Source: Bacteroidetes bacterium 4572_117 (GTDB lineage Bacteria; Bacteroidota; Bacteroidia; Bacteroidales; NBLH01). Taken from it: a stretch of DNA of 37,799 nt. Below the pieces are notes generated by a model. It ran no database searches. It worked only from the letters and a program-made list of their open reading frames with translations, and was not told where the DNA came from. This document shows, one piece after another, positions 34,336-37,799 of the stretch. A program made the translations under genes and the position numbers. The DNA is taken from contig NBLH01000001.1 of the NCBI GenBank assembly GCA_002084525.1, positions 1 through 37,799 of the forward strand, written 5' to 3'. Within the stretch, counting starts at the first letter, position 1. The number at the start of each line of letters is the position of its first letter.

Positions 34336-35910
34336 TTACCATGTATCAAAATTTGACATTGTTGTAATCACTAACCTATTTTCAGCTTTCATAATCTCTC
34401 CTGTTGTCTTTTTAAAACCACGGGTTTTCTTTATAACATCCTCAATATTATCAGTTATAAATTTATAACCATATTGCATTTTAGTATTAACAGGTTCAAA
34501 TTTTTCGGTTTGGGCATTAACTTGTAACACTTCTGCACCATAAGGTTCTGCACATACAAATTCATCAGGAATCTGATATACTTTATTTACTTTATCGGTT
34601 CCAATATAATAGTCGTCAAGCAATAGTACTTTTGCCCCATCTGCCAAATAATAAATAAACCGGATATAACATGCTTTGTTTACACGTAAATACAACTTAA
34701 GTGTGTCATTTTCTGTAAACAAAAGATTATCAGTACCCTTATTTGTCCATATGTCAAGTTTCAAATTGCCACCAATAATCTCGTTTTCAGTAAAGTTTTT
34801 TCTTTTGGTGTTTGCTACGATAAAATTTTCCGGCAAAAAGCTTATTTTATTTTTTTCACAGAATAATTTAGCAAGCTTAGTTTCAATACTGGCAACAGCT
34901 TTTCCGGTTTTAAAATCCCTTAAAACAACAATTATTTTTAAATAATCATTATCGTCCCAATATGTGCCTGTGATAATGTAATCAATTGACGATTGCGATT
35001 TATTTTCGGTGGCATAGTCCTGGTTGTGGATATTCAAATCTGTAACCGATACTAATTTTTGTTCTAATGCCATATTGAGCCTTTTCGAAAAAGGGCTACC
35101 CATTTTGGTATCCTGATACCCAAAACTACTTAATTTTACTTTTCCTTCAAGCTTTTTGAATTGCATTTTTAAACCATTGGCAATAAAGTAGGCCGCATCA
35201 GAAATGGAATTTTTTGAAGAATTGTTAAGCTTGTTAATCCCTTGGTCTACAGCTGATTTTAATTGAATTGTTTTATCTTTTTTCAAAGAAATGTCATCAC
35301 TTTTTCCTAGCGCAACCAGTATTGACTGGGCTTCTTCTACTTGCCTAAAAATTGTTAAACATTCAAAATAGCTTTGAATGGCTTTTTGTTGCATATCAGA
35401 CTTGAACATATTCTCGGCAAACAGTTTTTTTGCATCCAGTTTTTTTATTCCGCTAAGGATTTTTTGCTTGTAAAAATTAATAACATCAATGCGTTTTGCA
35501 TAAGTAATAGCATAGGCTGTTTTTTTTCTCTTATCATACCAACTTTCGGTTGTTAAGCCGGCTATATCTAAATTTGAAAAAGAAACACTCGATTGTTTTA
35601 CATATTCATAGGTTTCTTGGTCAATTCCGGTATTTACACTGTTAATACCACTAACCGTAATACTTTTAATTGATACTTTTACTGATTCTGTTAATCCATT
35701 TTTTGCATTTTCTTTACAGCGGTCAACTAATTCGTTTAAATCTGTATTGTTATAATTTATTTCTGAACTAAAGCCCAAAATGTATTTATTATCCGGGAAC
35801 ATAGTAGCCCTTTTTTCATATTTTATCCATGCTGGTGTTTGTGCATGCATGTAAGTAACAGAAAAAGAGAGCAATAAGGCAAACAATATCAAAGTTGATG
35901 TTTTTTTCAT
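34336..35910 (-). CDS. Exported protein, LPP20-like N-terminus, FlgO/CsgG-like middle and probable C-terminal DUF4384 domain
   Basis: Signal peptide then TPAWI; DYIITGTYW; LDIWTNKG...F.END.L.LY.RVNK.CY...PYGAE.L. Confidence 0.6.
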   Translation of the reverse strand: MKKTSTLILFALLLSFSVTYMHAQTPAWIKYEKRATMFPDNKYILGFSSEINYNNTDLNELVDRCKENAKNGLTESVKVSIKSITVSGINSVNTGIDQETYEYVKQSSVSFSNLDIAGLTTESWYDKRKKTAYAITYAKRIDVINFYKQKILSGIKKLDAKKLFAENMFKSDMQQKAIQSYFECLTIFRQVEEAQSILVALGKSDDISLKKDKTIQLKSAVDQGINKLNNSSKNSISDAAYFIANGLKMQFKKLEGKVKLSSFGYQDTKMGSPFSKRLNMALEQKLVSVTDLNIHNQDYATENKSQSSIDYIITGTYWDDNDYLKIIVVLRDFKTGKAVASIETKLAKLFCEKNKISFLPENFIVANTKRKNFTENEIIGGNLKLDIWTNKGTDNLLFTENDTLKLYLRVNKACYIRFIYYLADGAKVLLLDDYYIGTDKVNKVYQIPDEFVCAEPYGAEVLQVNAQTEKFEPVNTKMQYGYKFITDNIEDVIKKTRGFKKTTGEIMKAENRLVITTMSNFDTW

Positions 35911-36024
35911 GGTTATAATAATTAAATAAAACTAAAACGGATTTAGGATTGAATTATTTCAAAATTGCTTTTATTGATAAGTTATTTGTAAATTTAAGCA
36001 TTTTTTTATTTCTAATAACAATTT

Positions 36025-36663
36025 ATGCCTTCCGATAGTCAAAATAATAGCACATTTAGTCAATTAAACGTATTTTATAAAAAAAACGCTATCGAGGCAG
36101 GTTGCGACGAAGCGGGTAGGGGTTGCCTTGCTGGGCCTGTGGTAGCAGCTGCGGTAATATTGCCCCCTAATTTTAGGGATAGTACTTTAAACGACTCAAA
36201 AAAAATATCAGAAAAAAAAAGGGATAGCCTAAGGATTATAATTGAAAAAGAGGCTGTTGCATGGGCTATTGGGATTGTTGACCATAAAATGATTGACAAA
36301 ATAAATATTTTAAATGCCTCAATATTAGCAATGCATAAGGCAATTGAGAATTTAACTGTAAAGCCAGGACATCTTATTATTGATGGGAACAAGTTCCATC
36401 CCTATAAAAATATCCCCCATAAGTGTATTGTGAAAGGAGATTCAAAATATTTATCAATTGCGGCAGCATCGATACTTGCAAAAACACATAGGGATGAGCT
36501 TATGCAGAAACTCGATACTGAATTTCCTGAATATTTTTGGAAAAAAAACAAAGGGTACCCAAGCAAACAACATAGGGGGGCTATTAAAAAACACGGTATT
36601 TGTCGTTACCATAGAAAAAGCTTTAAACTTATTGATAATCAATTAACTTTAGATTTTAAATAA
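36025..36663 (+). CDS. rnhB: Ribonuclease HII
   Basis: AGCDEAGRGCLAGPV, LNDSKK, IDGN, KGDSKY.SIAAASILAK, KNKGY, HRKSF. Confidence 0.97.
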   Translation: MPSDSQNNSTFSQLNVFYKKNAIEAGCDEAGRGCLAGPVVAAAVILPPNFRDSTLNDSKKISEKKRDSLRIIIEKEAVAWAIGIVDHKMIDKINILNASILAMHKAIENLTVKPGHLIIDGNKFHPYKNIPHKCIVKGDSKYLSIAAASILAKTHRDELMQKLDTEFPEYFWKKNKGYPSKQHRGAIKKHGICRYHRKSFKLIDNQLTLDFK

Positions 36664-36664
36664 G

Positions 36665-36772
36665 TGTGCGTATTTGGACACTTGTGTACGCTCACGTACA
36701 TTTCATTTATTGCTGTTGTATTTATATATTATTGATTAGTTTTGTATTAATTAAAGTGGCATAATTAATGGA
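36665..36772 (+). promoter_or_regulatory. Putative sigma54 promoter with two upstream activator boxes
   Basis: TGT-N10-ACA at 36665-36680 and 36685-36700; TGGCAT-N5-ATGG at 36757-36771. Confidence 0.5.
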
Positions 36773-36831
36773 ATGTCCAATTTTTAAACACCTGATAAAC
36801 AGGTATGATTCAAAATTTAAAAAACCAAACT

Positions 36832-37799
36832 ATGATTAAAAAATTTTTTGTAAGCATTTTAGTTATTGTTTTTGCATTTAACATTAATGTAAAGGCAGAC
36901 GAAGGGATGTGGTTTTTGGCATTTATTAACAAAAACTATGACCAAATGAAAGCAATGGGCTTTAAATTAAGCCCAAAAGATATCTACGATATCAACCATT
37001 CAAGCATGAAAGATGCCGTTGTGTCTTTAGACGGGGGATCTTGTACAGCTGAACTTGTTTCGCCTTATGGTTTGCTATTGACAAACCACCATTGTGGGTT
37101 TGGTGAAATACAGGCGCACAGTTCTGTTGAACACGACTACCTTACTGATGGTTTTTGGGCCAAAACCAAGGCAGAGGAATTATCGAACCCCGATAAAACA
37201 GTTACTTTTTTAGTTAGGATGGAAGATGTTAGCGACAAGGTAAACGCAATGCTTAACGATAAAATGACAGAAAAAGAGCGTGAATTAGCCATACGGAAAA
37301 TATTTGAAAAAATACAAAAGGAAGCTATCGGCGACACGCATTATGAAGCACTGGTCCGTTCTTTTTTTAAAGGGAATAATTTTTACCTTTTTGTGTACGA
37401 AACATTTAAAGATGTTCGTTTAGTTGGTGCACCGCCATCGTCGATAGGGAAGTTTGGTGGCGACACAGATAACTGGATGTGGCCTAGGCATACAGGCGAT
37501 TTTTCTATGTTTAGGGTTTATACCGGGCCTGACGGGAAACCTGCAGATTATTCGCCGGATAATATACCCTACAAATCAAAACATTTTTTCCCGATTTCAA
37601 TCAAAGGCGTAAAAGAAAACGATTTTGCTATGACAATGGGATACCCAGCAAGGACAAACCGCTATTTAACTTCGTGGGGTGTTGAAGAAACTATCGAAAA
37701 TGAGAATAATATCAGGATTAAGATAGGAGATGTAAAAAGGGTTATTTTGAAAAAGTACATGGATAAAGATGAAAAAATACGTATCCAATACTCAGATAA
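36832..37799 (+). CDS. S46 family dipeptidyl-peptidase (DPP7/DPP11-like), 3' end runs off the window; absent from ORF track
   Basis: MIKKFFVSILVIVFAFNINVKA-DEGMW, GSCTAELVS, LLTNHHCG, DVRLVGAPP..IGKFGGDTDNWMWPRHTGDFS, GYP..TNRY. Confidence 0.95.
   Translation, partial: MIKKFFVSILVIVFAFNINVKADEGMWFLAFINKNYDQMKAMGFKLSPKDIYDINHSSMKDAVVSLDGGSCTAELVSPYGLLLTNHHCGFGEIQAHSSVEHDYLTDGFWAKTKAEELSNPDKTVTFLVRMEDVSDKVNAMLNDKMTEKERELAIRKIFEKIQKEAIGDTHYEALVRSFFKGNNFYLFVYETFKDVRLVGAPPSSIGKFGGDTDNWMWPRHTGDFSMFRVYTGPDGKPADYSPDNIPYKSKHFFPISIKGVKENDFAMTMGYPARTNRYLTSWGVEETIENENNIRIKIGDVKRVILKKYMDKDEKIRIQYSD

Noticed and set aside
3199-37337. Numerous 60-190 aa antisense or alternate-frame ORFs (e.g. 9374..9934, 13984..14487, 21871..22263, 37137..37337)
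   Set aside because: Fully nested in well-supported genes; typical shadow ORFs

Overview
AT-rich chromosomal window from a Bacteroidota organism, probably Bacteroidales-like. The assignment rests on TAnnTTTG promoters, the porX-tsaE pair, the tatD-ansA-tRNA-Ser-exbB/exbD cluster and an S46 peptidase. It is mostly core housekeeping DNA: serS, rplU-rpmA, pcm, dnaB, accA, ispE, an LptF/G permease, rmuC, an ald-like gene, tsaE, porX, tatD, ansA, tRNA-Ser(GGA), exbB/exbD, modB, rnhB and a partial S46 peptidase. I see no CRISPR array, rRNA, intact transposase or recognisable multi-gene defence system, and no clear new protein-coding system. The unusual signal is intergenic. (i) A ~120-bp element is present twice, shows compensatory base changes and ends on an ATG in both copies; it is a candidate cis-regulatory RNA or structured mobile repeat. 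(ii) At least three transposase-less MITE-like families share nested hairpin modules, and one copy interrupts a GNAT gene. (iii) The ORF track misses several gene remnants: an rnhA 3' fragment, a GNAT pseudogene, a frameshifted yhcG-like gene and an apparent internal deletion in a TAXI-type protein. (iv) A sigma54-like promoter with two TGT-N10-ACA boxes precedes the S46 peptidase. All calls were made by eye; no searches were run.
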